Below, one piece after another: positions 9,956-19,544 of a stretch of DNA of 64,000 nt. Position 1 is the first letter of the stretch. Each line of letters opens with the position of its first letter. The stretch lies in the NCBI GenBank assembly GCA_002416285.1, contig DICM01000034.1:274-64273 (forward strand), written 5' to 3'. Made by a program: the position numbers and the translations under genes. A model generated the notes under the pieces. The model was not told where the DNA came from and did not search any database. It saw only the letters and a program-made list of their open reading frames with translations. The stretch comes from Bacillales bacterium UBA5026 (GTDB taxonomy: Bacteria; Bacillota_I; Bacilli_A; RF39; UBA660).

Positions 9956-11288
9956 AAAATTCAATATTCATAAAGTCATCGTCTTTGGTTGTTACTTCTG
10001 GCTTGGCAGGCTCTGGTGCATGCTGAGCTATTTTCGTATTATCCAGGGCAGATTTTAAATCATAATGTCCACCATGATTTTGATCATTTAAATCTTCTGA
10101 ATCTAATTCGATAAGTTTTAGAATTTCCTCGAAAGTAGTTTCTCCAGATACTACTTTTTCTAGTCCATCTTGAAGTAGCGTAATAACATCTGATCCATAT
10201 ACTAGATCACGTAATTTCTCTTTTCTAAGATTACTAGAAATCGCATCTCTTATCTCTTGATTAATTAACAATACTTCATGAATTGCAATACGACCTTTAT
10301 AACCATTACCACATTCTTCGCAGCCTTCCGTCATATAAACGTGATCAACTTCTTTATGGAGAACCCTTTTGAATAACTCTTTTTCATAATTGTTAGTAGG
10401 TCTTAATTTGCGACATTTCTGACAGAGTCTTCTCGCTAATTTTTGTGATATAATTCCAGTTAAAGCACTTGCAAGTAAGTAACGTTCAACTTCCATATCA
10501 AGCAGACGTTCAATTGTATTTAAGGAACTATTAGTATGGATTGTCGATAATACTAAGTGTCCTGTAATTGAGGCACGCACAGCGATACGAGCAGTTTCAG
10601 TATCACGAATTTCTCCGATCATAATAATATTCGGGTCCTGACGCAAAATAGAACGTAGGGCATTCGCGAAGGTTAATCCAATTTCAGAATTCGTCTGAAC
10701 CTGATTGATTCCTTCAATATTCATTTCTATTGGATCTTCAACTGTAATAATATTTGTATCTTCCTTATTTAATCTTTGTAAGATAGAGTATACAGTCGTT
10801 GATTTACCACTACCAGTAGCACCCGTTACCAGGATAATTCCACTAGGGGTGGCAATCATCTGAAGTACTTTTTCATAATTTGATTCACTAAATCCTAGTG
10901 CTTCAAGTCCACTAGCACTCATTGTATAATCCAAAATACGAATTACGATTTTTTCACCATCTTGAGTAGGTAAGGCAGAAACACGTAAATCGAGATTAAC
11001 GCCTTGAAGTGATGCTTTAATCGCACCATCTTGTGGCAAACGTGATTCTGTTATATTCATTCCAGCAATGATCTTTACACGAGTAATTAGATTCTTTTTA
11101 ATAGAATTCGGGATTTCAGCATAGTCAATTAATGATCCGTCAATTCGAATCCGTAGCTTCATGTAGTCCGTTAAAGGATCAAAGTGGATATCACTGGCTC
11201 CTCTTTTACTTGCGTCAACTAAAATGTCATTGACAATTTCCACCACTGGCATTTTGTCAAAATCAAACTTTCTTAACATATTATTCAT
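9954..11288 (-). CDS. Type II/IV secretion ATPase (GspE/PilB/ComGA family)
   Basis: Walker A GATGSGKST, Walker B IMIGEIRD, His box GHLVLSTIHTN, and a tetracysteine CQKC...CEEC. Confidence 0.88.
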   Translation of the reverse strand: MNNMLRKFDFDKMPVVEIVNDILVDASKRGASDIHFDPLTDYMKLRIRIDGSLIDYAEIPNSIKKNLITRVKIIAGMNITESRLPQDGAIKASLQGVNLDLRVSALPTQDGEKIVIRILDYTMSASGLEALGFSESNYEKVLQMIATPSGIILVTGATGSGKSTTVYSILQRLNKEDTNIITVEDPIEMNIEGINQVQTNSEIGLTFANALRSILRQDPNIIMIGEIRDTETARIAVRASITGHLVLSTIHTNSSLNTIERLLDMEVERYLLASALTGIISQKLARRLCQKCRKLRPTNNYEKELFKRVLHKEVDHVYMTEGCEECGNGYKGRIAIHEVLLINQEIRDAISSNLRKEKLRDLVYGSDVITLLQDGLEKVVSGETTFEEILKLIELDSEDLNDQNHGGHYDLKSALDNTKIAQHAPEPAKPEVTTKDDDFMNIEF

Positions 11289-11376
11289 CCCCTTTTATTC
11301 AATTTGGACTAGCTTTTATCCTAGAACTATTATATAATAGAATTATATTAATTACAATAAGAAGGGGCGAACTTCT

Positions 11377-11898
11377 ATGAAAAAAACCGATAACACTGGA
11401 TTTGCACTAACTGAAACATTGATTGTATCAGTCTTTATTTTAGGGGTTTTAGTTTACATTTTTGTACAATTTTCCGCTTTACGACAAAATTACGACAATT
11501 CTTTTACTTATAATACTGTTCCTGGCATATATGGTGCTTATCATGTTAAAAATTATATTTTAAATCAAGAAAGAGGAGTATTCAGCTCTACAATTTCCAA
11601 GAATGTAAAAACACTTGATAATCATCATGAAAACATTACTTTGTGCGAATTTGCGAGCGGAACTAATTCTAAGAATTTCTGTCAAGATTTATTTCAAAAA
11701 CTTAAAGTAAAAACAGTACTAGTGGTAGAAGATGACCTTACAAATTTTAAAGAATACTTAAAAACAGATTCTACTTATAGCGAAACATTGAAGCAATTTT
11801 TGAATCACTTAGAGGGGCATCCCGGAAGTAGTGATTATAGAATTATTGTAGAATATCAAGATGGGACTTGTGCTTCAGTTCCAATGAATTATCTTTAG
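11377..11898 (+). CDS. Prepilin-type (class III signal) pseudopilin
   Basis: N-terminus MKKTDNTG/FALTE with Glu at +5, followed by a hydrophobic helix. Divergent from the ATPase gene. Confidence 0.65.
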   Translation: MKKTDNTGFALTETLIVSVFILGVLVYIFVQFSALRQNYDNSFTYNTVPGIYGAYHVKNYILNQERGVFSSTISKNVKTLDNHHENITLCEFASGTNSKNFCQDLFQKLKVKTVLVVEDDLTNFKEYLKTDSTYSETLKQFLNHLEGHPGSSDYRIIVEYQDGTCASVPMNYL

Positions 11899-11907
11899 GA
11901 GAGTGCT

Positions 11908-12390
11908 ATGAAAAAGAAAAACGGATTTACACTTATTGAAATGGCAGTATCTTTTTGTTTAGTTGCTGCAGTTAGTATATTACTTTTTCAAATCATTGCG
12001 AATATGAAAGAGCTTTATTTGAGTGGTGATGTAAAGACAACTTTATTAAATCGCCAAGCTATTATGTCTAAAAAAATATATGATCAATTAAATAATGACA
12101 CTCTAACAAGTGTCACTAGTTGTGGAAATGAATGCCTAAAATTTCAATTTTCAAGCGGAGATTCATCTAATTTTGTAATTGATCATACTCGTGGAACGGT
12201 AAGTTATGGCGGATATCAACTTACCTATGGAGAGAGTAGTCAATTAGGTTCTCTTGAAGTTTTTAATCAAAATTATGGAACGTATTCTATTTTAAATATT
12301 GTTATTCCAATTACGAATAAAATGGTGAATGGTGATTTTGGTATTCAAATACTTGTTCAATATACCGCATCTACTACGGTAACAATTTAA
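11908..12390 (+). CDS. Prepilin-type N-terminal cleavage/methylation domain protein
   Basis: N-terminus MKKKNG/FTLIEM plus a hydrophobic helix. Confidence 0.72.
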   Translation: MKKKNGFTLIEMAVSFCLVAAVSILLFQIIANMKELYLSGDVKTTLLNRQAIMSKKIYDQLNNDTLTSVTSCGNECLKFQFSSGDSSNFVIDHTRGTVSYGGYQLTYGESSQLGSLEVFNQNYGTYSILNIVIPITNKMVNGDFGIQILVQYTASTTVTI

Positions 12391-13367
12391 AGAAACATCA
12401 TCCAAACATCAAAAAGAGTCGATACTAAAATCCCAGATATTGCTGCATGTAAAAGACGGGCTGTAAAAAAGGGAAGATATTTAATTTTAGTATCACTCAG
12501 AATGCTCAATACTTGCATATGGACACTTAGTCCCCCAAAAGAAAGTATCATGACCGTCATGATGCTTTTATATTTGAGTGGAATTGCTAGTAAACTGACA
12601 TATTTAAGACCTTGTGTCATTTCAACAAATCCATTTAGAATACTTTGATAATAGCTCCCCAATGATAGATTGTGATCCAATATCGTCGTCACAATTAAAA
12701 ACATAGTTACCGTACCTAAAATAAGAAGAAGGGTATTTATACTATTCATCAAGGCTTTACTTACTACGCTCCCAAAACTTTTTTTACTACTCATTCGTTT
12801 TTGATGCATTGCTAAAATAGCTTTTTTTAATGAAACCCGTTCTGGTTTTTGTTTGGTTTTGTACCAATTTCGAAACAGAAACCCGATAATGAAATTGGTT
12901 ATATAATGACAAAGTAAAATAAATAGACCAATTTCTTTATTTTGCAAAAACAATAAGGAAACGGTTCCTAAAATAAAAAGAGGATTGGAAAAATGAGTAA
13001 ACATTAATAATTTTGTCGATTCTGATTCATCTAATAATCCTTTTAAATAAAGTTCTCTTATATATTTCGCACTGCTTGGAAATCCGGAAATCATACTCAT
13101 AACAAAAACAAAAGAAGCATTTCCACTCATTCGAAAAAAGCGATACATGAATCCTTTTAGTAGTTCACTTAAGAATTCGACAAATCCATAATGAATTAAT
13201 AATTCAGAAAGCACAAAAAAAGGAAATAGAGAAGGAAATATATTTTTATACCAAATTTGAAAAGAAAATAAAACGGAATTCATGATTGCTTCAGATTCTG
13301 TTAAAATTTCTATTCCTACACATACTAATACAATAAGAATGAGAATGCTCTCTAGTATTTTCTTCAT
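12387..13367 (-). CDS. ylbJ: Sporulation integral membrane protein YlbJ-like (nucleoside-recognition-domain family)
   Basis: Polytopic membrane protein next to a ylbL-like gene, as in Bacillus. The start was set at the ATG preceded by AAGGAGG (13373-13379). Confidence 0.65.
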   Translation of the reverse strand: MKKILESILILIVLVCVGIEILTESEAIMNSVLFSFQIWYKNIFPSLFPFFVLSELLIHYGFVEFLSELLKGFMYRFFRMSGNASFVFVMSMISGFPSSAKYIRELYLKGLLDESESTKLLMFTHFSNPLFILGTVSLLFLQNKEIGLFILLCHYITNFIIGFLFRNWYKTKQKPERVSLKKAILAMHQKRMSSKKSFGSVVSKALMNSINTLLLILGTVTMFLIVTTILDHNLSLGSYYQSILNGFVEMTQGLKYVSLLAIPLKYKSIMTVMILSFGGLSVHMQVLSILSDTKIKYLPFFTARLLHAAISGILVSTLFDVWMMFL

Positions 13368-13414
13368 AAATTCCTCCTTCATATGATACAATAGATTAGA
13401 GAGGGTGATTCACC

Positions 13415-14431
13415 ATGATTAATAAAGTATATGAGAAAATAAAAGAATTGATTAAAGAAAATATCGGTTTTTTAGTTTTCTTTTTTGTTATTCTTTTTCT
13501 CACAACTTTTGAATTTCCATATTATATCGATGCTCCAGGAGGAACAATCGATGTAAATTCGCGAATTACAATTGAAAATAGCTATAATGGAGAGGGAAGT
13601 TTTAATCTAGCTTATGTCTCTGAACTAAAGGCAACAATACCAACTTTAATTATGGCTAAATTAAAAAAAGATTGGGATATCATTCCTAAAAGTGAAGTTG
13701 TTGCATCAAATGAGAATACATCTGATGTTGCTTTTAGAGATCAGTTGATGCTTAAAAATGCCAATCAAAATGCTATTATCGTAGGTTACACTAAAGCAGG
13801 AATGAAAGTGGACATTACTGAACAAAAACTCTATGTCACTTATCGTTTAGAGGAAAGCAAAACCAATTTAGAAATTGGAGATCAAATTATTTCGATTAAT
13901 AAAACCCCTGTTTTGAATACAGCAGAAGTTTCTCATCTACTCGAACAGGTTAATGTTGGTGATACTGTTTCTTTCGAAGTAAAAAAAGAAGACAAAATCA
14001 TTACTAAAACAGCCACTGTTATCAATTATAATGATAGTAAAATTCTAGGAATTATGCTCACAAAAGATCAGTCAATTACAACTGATCCTAGTGTGGAGTT
14101 TCATTTTAAATCATCTGAATCGGGTCCTTCTGGTGGTCTAATTATGAGCCTTTCTATCTATGATTTATTAACAAAAGAGGATTTAACTTGTGGTAAAAAA
14201 ATCGTTGGAACAGGCACCATTGATGAGGATGGGACAGTTGGTAGTATCGATGGAGTAAAATATAAATTAAAAGGTGCCATGAAATCGAAGGCGGATTTAT
14301 TTTTGGTTCCAGCCGGTCGAAATTATGAAGAAGCGATAAACTATGCACAAAAGCAAGGATATGATATTCCGATTATTGCAATCTCAACATTTGATGAAGC
14401 TGTTTCAGAATTACAGCAACAATGTTCTTAG
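13415..14431 (+). CDS. PDZ-domain Lon-like S16 serine protease (YlbL/SepM family)
   Basis: N-terminal TM, PDZ (IGDQIISIN), and a Lon catalytic-domain motif SGPSGGL with a downstream Lys (KYKLKGA). Confidence 0.8.
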   Translation: MINKVYEKIKELIKENIGFLVFFFVILFLTTFEFPYYIDAPGGTIDVNSRITIENSYNGEGSFNLAYVSELKATIPTLIMAKLKKDWDIIPKSEVVASNENTSDVAFRDQLMLKNANQNAIIVGYTKAGMKVDITEQKLYVTYRLEESKTNLEIGDQIISINKTPVLNTAEVSHLLEQVNVGDTVSFEVKKEDKIITKTATVINYNDSKILGIMLTKDQSITTDPSVEFHFKSSESGPSGGLIMSLSIYDLLTKEDLTCGKKIVGTGTIDEDGTVGSIDGVKYKLKGAMKSKADLFLVPAGRNYEEAINYAQKQGYDIPIIAISTFDEAVSELQQQCS

Positions 14432-14446
14432 TCATTGTTTTCTTAG

Positions 14447-14470
14447 AAAAAAGAGGGATACCTCTTTTTC
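14447..14470 (+). terminator. Terminator after the ylbL-like gene
   Basis: Stem AAAAGAGG/CCTCTTTT, loop GATA, T-run. Confidence 0.7.
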
Positions 14471-14544
14471 ATATGTAAAACTAATCTCTTGATAAGAATA
14501 GAAAATGGGAATACTATAATAGTTATCTTTACGGGGGTAAAAAA

Positions 14545-14987
14545 ATGAAGGAACAAAATACTTTTAGCAAAGAGACACTAGGTGAATGTTTAAGACTACT
14601 GAGAATTACTAATGATATTCCAACAGTAGCACTACTTGTAAAAAAACAGGGATTTCTTCATCTTATTTAAGAGAGGTGGAGCACGGTAAAAAAATGATTA
14701 GCAGTGATCTTTTGTTTCGAATATTAGAAATTCATGAAATATCTATTCAACAATTGTCTGAACTATTAATTCAATATGATCAACTTCAGAAAAAAGAAAA
14801 GAATCTTTCAAAATTATATATAAAGATGTTGATCTATATTTTAGGTAACATTTATAATGTAGCAGGAAAGAAAAATAATAAAGAAAAAATAAAATTAAAC
14901 GAAGATTTAAATCTTTTAAATTCTCATGTTATTGATAATCCAACGAGTGATCATAAACAAATTCAAGCAGTATTCTCTCTAAAATAA
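14545..14987 (+). pseudogene. XRE-family HTH regulator interrupted by a frameshift in an A7 run (14640-14646)
   Basis: Frame 1 reads MKEQNTFSKETLGECLRLLRITNDIPTVALLVKK and then stops at 14668. The -1 frame continues TGISSSYLREVEHGKKMISSDLL, the rest of a canonical HTH_XRE motif, into the 14676..14987 ORF. One extra A would restore a roughly 147-aa protein. Confidence 0.75.
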
Positions 14988-15011
14988 AAAATACGAATTA
15001 ATCGTATTTTT
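14986..15011. terminator. Bidirectional terminator between convergent genes
   Basis: Stem ATACGA/TCGTAT flanked by an A-run and a T-run. Confidence 0.6.
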
Positions 15012-15929
15012 TTATGCTTCCAAATAAATTGATTTATCGTATTTATGTTCACTTCTATTTTCTGTTTCTAAAGTAGAGGAACTAATTAAAAAATAGGTAT
15101 CTAGTAACACATTCACCCCTGTATCTGTTACAGGATCATCCCATGTTAAATCTAAATGCTTCCATTCACCATCAATATACACTAAATTCCAGATATGAGT
15201 TTCACTAGCAACCCGATAATTTGGAATATTCATCCGGTCTAGAAATAACGCCATGGCATCCGTGTATCCACCACATATTCCAGCTCCATTAAAAAGTGGT
15301 CCATATGCAATACTCGTTTTCTTAGGATGAACAGACTTATTTAAATAATCACCAGTTTCTTCCTCTTGCAGATAAACAGTATGATTGATAATATAATCGT
15401 GAATAGCCTTAATATTATCTTTTGTTGAGCGATTACTTTTTACTAATGTAGGGTATAATTGTTCTATTTTTTGATTAATTAAGTTCATTTCGGAAGTCGT
15501 ATACATTTTTTCGACATGAACTCGAATGATTCCATAACCATCAATCGCAAAACTAAGGCGCTGATAACTATTGTATGGGGCAACAAAATTATTAATATTG
15601 GCAATTTCATAATTATTGTCAATTAATTCTTTCATATCATTTGGGCAATCTTTATATTCTTTAGAACAAAAGAATGCGAAATCATCATATCCGCGATCAA
15701 GTGCAGTATAAATAATATTTAAAATGTCTTGTTTCGTCTTTGGCTCAAAGCGAGACTCCACCTGAACATATTTAAAATCGACACTTCTCTCATAGTTATT
15801 TGCACTTTTCTCTTCAAACTCTGTTTTATATATATAATTTACCATTATATATTGTATGAAATCTCGTCTATAAAAATAAATAGCCGCTATCAATAATAAT
15901 AAAAATATTGTACTTAAAAATTTCTTCAT
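15012..15929 (-). CDS. Transglutaminase-like cysteine protease-fold protein, membrane anchored
   Basis: N-terminal TM and a Cys-His-Asp core pattern (GICGGYTDAMALFL ... THIWNLVYIDGEWKHLDLTWDD). Confidence 0.7.
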   Translation of the reverse strand: MKKFLSTIFLLLLIAAIYFYRRDFIQYIMVNYIYKTEFEEKSANNYERSVDFKYVQVESRFEPKTKQDILNIIYTALDRGYDDFAFFCSKEYKDCPNDMKELIDNNYEIANINNFVAPYNSYQRLSFAIDGYGIIRVHVEKMYTTSEMNLINQKIEQLYPTLVKSNRSTKDNIKAIHDYIINHTVYLQEEETGDYLNKSVHPKKTSIAYGPLFNGAGICGGYTDAMALFLDRMNIPNYRVASETHIWNLVYIDGEWKHLDLTWDDPVTDTGVNVLLDTYFLISSSTLETENRSEHKYDKSIYLEA

Positions 15930-16006
15930 TTCTTCACCTTACTATTATTATAGCATCATTCTTCTTTTTGAAACAACTAACTTCTCGGACAAATAAAAAA
16001 AGTAAA

Positions 16007-16270
16007 TTATTCCATTGAATTTACTTTCTTAGTTAAGCGAGATTTATTACGTGCAACGAAGTTACTAGTTACAACACCAGCAGCACATGCTTTATCAATA
16101 CGTTTGATCGCTACTGTTAAGTTTTCAGTTGCTTTTGCTTTATCTTTTGCTAATACTGCTTTTTCAACATTTTTGATAGCTGTTTTCATACTAGCTTTAA
16201 ATTCATTGTTATTTTGTTTTTTCTTGGCAATTGTCAATACTGCTTTTTTCGCATTCTTCATATTTGGCAT
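16007..16270 (-). CDS. rpsT: 30S ribosomal protein S20
   Basis: MPNMKNAKKAVLTIAKKKQNNNEFKASMKTAIKNV matches the S20 pattern. GGAGGTG lies 6 nt upstream of the chosen ATG. Confidence 0.9.
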   Translation of the reverse strand: MPNMKNAKKAVLTIAKKKQNNNEFKASMKTAIKNVEKAVLAKDKAKATENLTVAIKRIDKACAAGVVTSNFVARNKSRLTKKVNSME

Positions 16271-16371
16271 ATTTTTCACCTCCAAGTCATTGATCTATCT
16301 TATTTTAACAAAGATTGGAAAAAAAAGCAATAAAAACTGGCTTTTTGGTCAAAATAATTCTAGGTGATAAC

Positions 16372-17388
16372 ATGAAACATGAAATTGATTTAGGAAAATA
16401 TCAGGTACATACGGACTTAGCAATTGATACGATTCCAAGAGAGTCAGACTATTTAAAAATCTCTGAAAAAGATGGAGTAAAAGTTACAATTGCTGAGATT
16501 GATGATTCTACAGGAAAAACAATCGGTAAAAAAGCTGGTCTCTATACGACGATTGAATTTCAAGATGTAACAGATTTTGACAATCGAAAAAAAGTAGAAG
16601 ATGTAGTAACGAGCGAACTGTCTAAATTTTTAAAACAAAAAAAGATATCAAAAGATGATCATGGATTAATTATTGGTCTTGGAAATGAAAGATCAACACC
16701 CGATTCGTTAGGTCCTTTAACAATCGATAAAATTTTAGTTACAAATCATCTTGCTCTTCTTGGTGACATGGAAGAGGGTTTTCGACCTATTTCTGCTTTT
16801 GCACCAGGGGTAATGGGGGAGACTGGAATTGAAACCAGTGATTTAATCAAAAGTACAATTACTGCTATTAAACCGGACTTTGTAATTGTCATTGATGCTC
16901 TTGCAAGTTCCTCTATCGAACGATTAAATAAAACTATTCAAATGAGCGATGCTGGAATTCACCCAGGAAGTGGGGTAGGCAACAATCGTAAGGAAATTAG
17001 TAGTGAACAGTTAGGAATTCCTGTTATTGCAATTGGTATTCCTACTGTCGTTGATGCAGTAACATTAGTAAGTGACACTTTAGTCTATATGGAAAAACAT
17101 TATGCATTTCATAGACAATTCTCTAAAAAAGCAGTTAGTAGATTAGTAGTCGCTAGTACAGTTGATTTTCGAAAGAATACGATTGAAGCAAATGACTCAG
17201 ATAATCAGCAATTACTTGGACTCGTTGGTTCGTTAAATGCAGAAGAAAAAAAAGAACTTCTTTTTGAAGTCTTAAATCCTATTGGTTATAATTTTATGGT
17301 AACACCAAAAGAAATTGATTTTTTAATGGAAGAACTCAGTCAAGTTCTTGGCAATGCATTAAATAGAGCACTGCATCAAAAATATTAA
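16372..17388 (+). CDS. gpr: Spore germination protease Gpr
   Basis: YQVHTDLAIDT and GLGNERSTPDSLGP motifs. Divergent from rpsT as in Bacillus. The start was set at the ATG after GGTGA. Confidence 0.85.
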   Translation: MKHEIDLGKYQVHTDLAIDTIPRESDYLKISEKDGVKVTIAEIDDSTGKTIGKKAGLYTTIEFQDVTDFDNRKKVEDVVTSELSKFLKQKKISKDDHGLIIGLGNERSTPDSLGPLTIDKILVTNHLALLGDMEEGFRPISAFAPGVMGETGIETSDLIKSTITAIKPDFVIVIDALASSSIERLNKTIQMSDAGIHPGSGVGNNRKEISSEQLGIPVIAIGIPTVVDAVTLVSDTLVYMEKHYAFHRQFSKKAVSRLVVASTVDFRKNTIEANDSDNQQLLGLVGSLNAEEKKELLFEVLNPIGYNFMVTPKEIDFLMEELSQVLGNALNRALHQKY

Positions 17389-17486
17389 ATCAAAAAGAAA
17401 CTTGAAATAATCATCGCAACCATACCAATTAATAAAATAAGGGCAAAAATGCGTTGGGTATTGACTTTTTTCTTTTTCTTAGCCAT
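17385..17486 (-). CDS. Small membrane protein (33 aa), unannotated in the ORF track
   Basis: GAGGTGA RBS followed by MAKKKKKVNTQRIFALILLIGMVAMIISSFFLI. Its stop overlaps the gpr stop. Confidence 0.35.
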   Translation of the reverse strand: MAKKKKKVNTQRIFALILLIGMVAMIISSFFLI

Positions 17487-17575
17487 ATTTTCACCTCGTA
17501 TTCCTATTATAATATATTTTTAAAAAAATTGGAATAACTAGCTTGTCTATTCATATGCTTTATTAGAGGTGGCAC

Positions 17576-18205
17576 ATGAAAAAAGTAATGGACAAACTAA
17601 AAACTAAAGTAAAAATTAACAAAAAAATGTTTTTCTTTCTCGCTGGACTAGCTATTATTGGTTTCCTTTTTGGAACATTCTTTATCACTATTTTATCTGG
17701 TAATGATCAAACCCTCGTAAAAAATTATATTTCTGATTTTATGACAATGATCGATCAGGATAAAATCAATTATCAAAATACTTTTATTAATACTCTAGTA
17801 TCACATTTCAGTTTTATTGGTACTATTTGGGTTTTAGGTATTTCTATTATTGGAATTCCTATCACACTATTTATGTATTTTTCAAAGGCATTTATGTTAG
17901 GTTTTTCCATAGGTTCTTTCATCTTACAATATAAATTAAAGGGAACATTGCTGGCATTTTTTTATATTTTTCCTCATCATATTATTAATTTAGCAATTCA
18001 TACCTTATTAATGGTATATTCAATAAAATTTTCAATAAAACTGATTGATAGTATCTTTCGAAAAAAAACAGTTAATTTTAAAGCAATTATAAATGTATAT
18101 CTGGGAGTTTTAATCTTTTCAATAATTGTTGTTTTCATTAGTTCTATTCTTGAAGTATTTGTAGTTCCCTTTATTTTTAAGAAACTTCTATTTTTAATTC
18201 ACTAA
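17576..18205 (+). CDS. spoIIM: Stage II sporulation protein M
   Basis: 209-aa polytopic membrane protein of SpoIIM/DUF95 size and topology in a sporulation gene context. Confidence 0.7.
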   Translation: MKKVMDKLKTKVKINKKMFFFLAGLAIIGFLFGTFFITILSGNDQTLVKNYISDFMTMIDQDKINYQNTFINTLVSHFSFIGTIWVLGISIIGIPITLFMYFSKAFMLGFSIGSFILQYKLKGTLLAFFYIFPHHIINLAIHTLLMVYSIKFSIKLIDSIFRKKTVNFKAIINVYLGVLIFSIIVVFISSILEVFVVPFIFKKLLFLIH

Positions 18206-18254
18206 ACAGTATAAAAACTACTGTTTTTTTGGTATAATGTGTCTGGTGAAGTTT

Positions 18255-19358
18255 ATGAAAACAGTTGTTGTAGGAATGAGTGGGGGAGTCGATAGTAGTG
18301 TCGCTGCTATTCTACTCAAAAATGCAGGATATGAAGTAATTGGACTTTTTATGCGAAATTGGGATAGTAGCCTGAATAATGACATTTTAGGCAATCCAAC
18401 CCTTCAAAATAATATATGTCCCCAAGAACAAGATTATAATGATGCTCTAGCTGTTTGCGAGAGGCTTGATATTCCTTTGCACCGTATTGATTTTGTAAAA
18501 GAATATTGGGATTATGTTTTTACTTATTTTCTAAAGGAATTAGAACATGGTAGAACCCCTAACCCTGATATTATGTGTAATAAGTATATTAAATTTGATA
18601 TGTTTGCAAAAGAAGCAAAAAAATTAGGTGCTGATTTCATTGCTACGGGACATTATGCCAGAATGAAAGACGGTCATTTATTACGTGGAATTGATTCAAA
18701 TAAGGATCAAAGTTATTTTCTATCACAAGTTAGCAAAGACCAATTACAAAATGTATTGTTCCCAGTTGGAGATTTAGAAAAACCAGTAGTTCGAAAGATT
18801 GCTCAAGAATATGGATTAATAACAGCCGAGAAAAAGGATTCTACTGGAATTTGTTTTATTGGTGAAAGACATTTTAAAGATTTTTTAGAGAACTATCTAC
18901 CAAATATTCCTGGTGATATTTATAATATTGAAACAAATGAAAAATTAGGGACTCATATCGGCCTTATGTATTATACCATTGGGCAGAGACGAGGACTTAA
19001 TTTAGGTGGTTCTGAAAATAGAATGTTTGTCGTCGGAAAGAATTTAAAGGATAATATTTTATATGTTGCCGAAGGAGAAGAAAGTAACTATCTATATAGT
19101 GATGCCTGTTTAATTGAAGACGTTAACTTTATCAGTGATGAAAGACCGGTAGCTTGCACAGCAAAATTTCGTTATCGTCAAGTTGATTACCCTGTTACTT
19201 TAGAATATTTAGAGGATGCCATTTTAGTAAAATATCCTGAAAAAATAAAGTCAGTCACTCCTGGTCAAGCTTGCGTTTTATATAGTAAAGAAGAGTGTCT
19301 CGGTGGGGGATTTATCAAAGAAGTTTACAAAGATGGACAAAAATTAACCTATTTATAA
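18255..19358 (+). CDS. mnmA: tRNA 2-thiouridine(34) synthase
   Basis: PP-loop VVGMSGGVDSSV, plus CNKYIKF and DSTGICFIGE motifs. Confidence 0.92.
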   Translation: MKTVVVGMSGGVDSSVAAILLKNAGYEVIGLFMRNWDSSLNNDILGNPTLQNNICPQEQDYNDALAVCERLDIPLHRIDFVKEYWDYVFTYFLKELEHGRTPNPDIMCNKYIKFDMFAKEAKKLGADFIATGHYARMKDGHLLRGIDSNKDQSYFLSQVSKDQLQNVLFPVGDLEKPVVRKIAQEYGLITAEKKDSTGICFIGERHFKDFLENYLPNIPGDIYNIETNEKLGTHIGLMYYTIGQRRGLNLGGSENRMFVVGKNLKDNILYVAEGEESNYLYSDACLIEDVNFISDERPVACTAKFRYRQVDYPVTLEYLEDAILVKYPEKIKSVTPGQACVLYSKEECLGGGFIKEVYKDGQKLTYL

Positions 19359-19420
19359 GAAAATATTTCTATTTTCTTTTTTTATGTACCTTTATGAAAT
19401 GCAAAATTTGTCATATATTA

Positions 19421-19449
19421 TTGAATTTATAAGATGTATATGTTATAAT
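19421..19449 (+). promoter_or_regulatory. Sigma-A-type promoter (TTGAAT-17-TATAAT with TGt extended -10)
   Basis: -35 at 19421-19426, 17-nt spacer, -10 at 19444-19449, upstream of the 19545 ORF. Confidence 0.55.
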
Positions 19450-19544
19450 TAGTGTATAAAATTGTAAAGTAGAAGAAAAAATATTGACGTAGTTAAAGTA
19501 TTGTGTCTTTTTTCTTTGACGATTCGGTAAGGGGAGAGAATAGC

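Noticed and set aside
9954-12390. Whether the GspE-type ATPase and adjacent pilins belong to the prophage or another mobile element
   Set aside because: They lie 9 kb outside the att-bounded element, are flanked by core genes (holA, ylbJ/ylbL), and have cognate peptidase and platform genes elsewhere in the core genome. I treated them as host type IV pilus/competence genes.
16104-16367. 87-aa + strand ORF opposite rpsT
   Set aside because: It is a shadow ORF antisense to the well-supported S20 gene. Its hydrophobic, low-complexity translation is typical of antisense AT-rich sequence.
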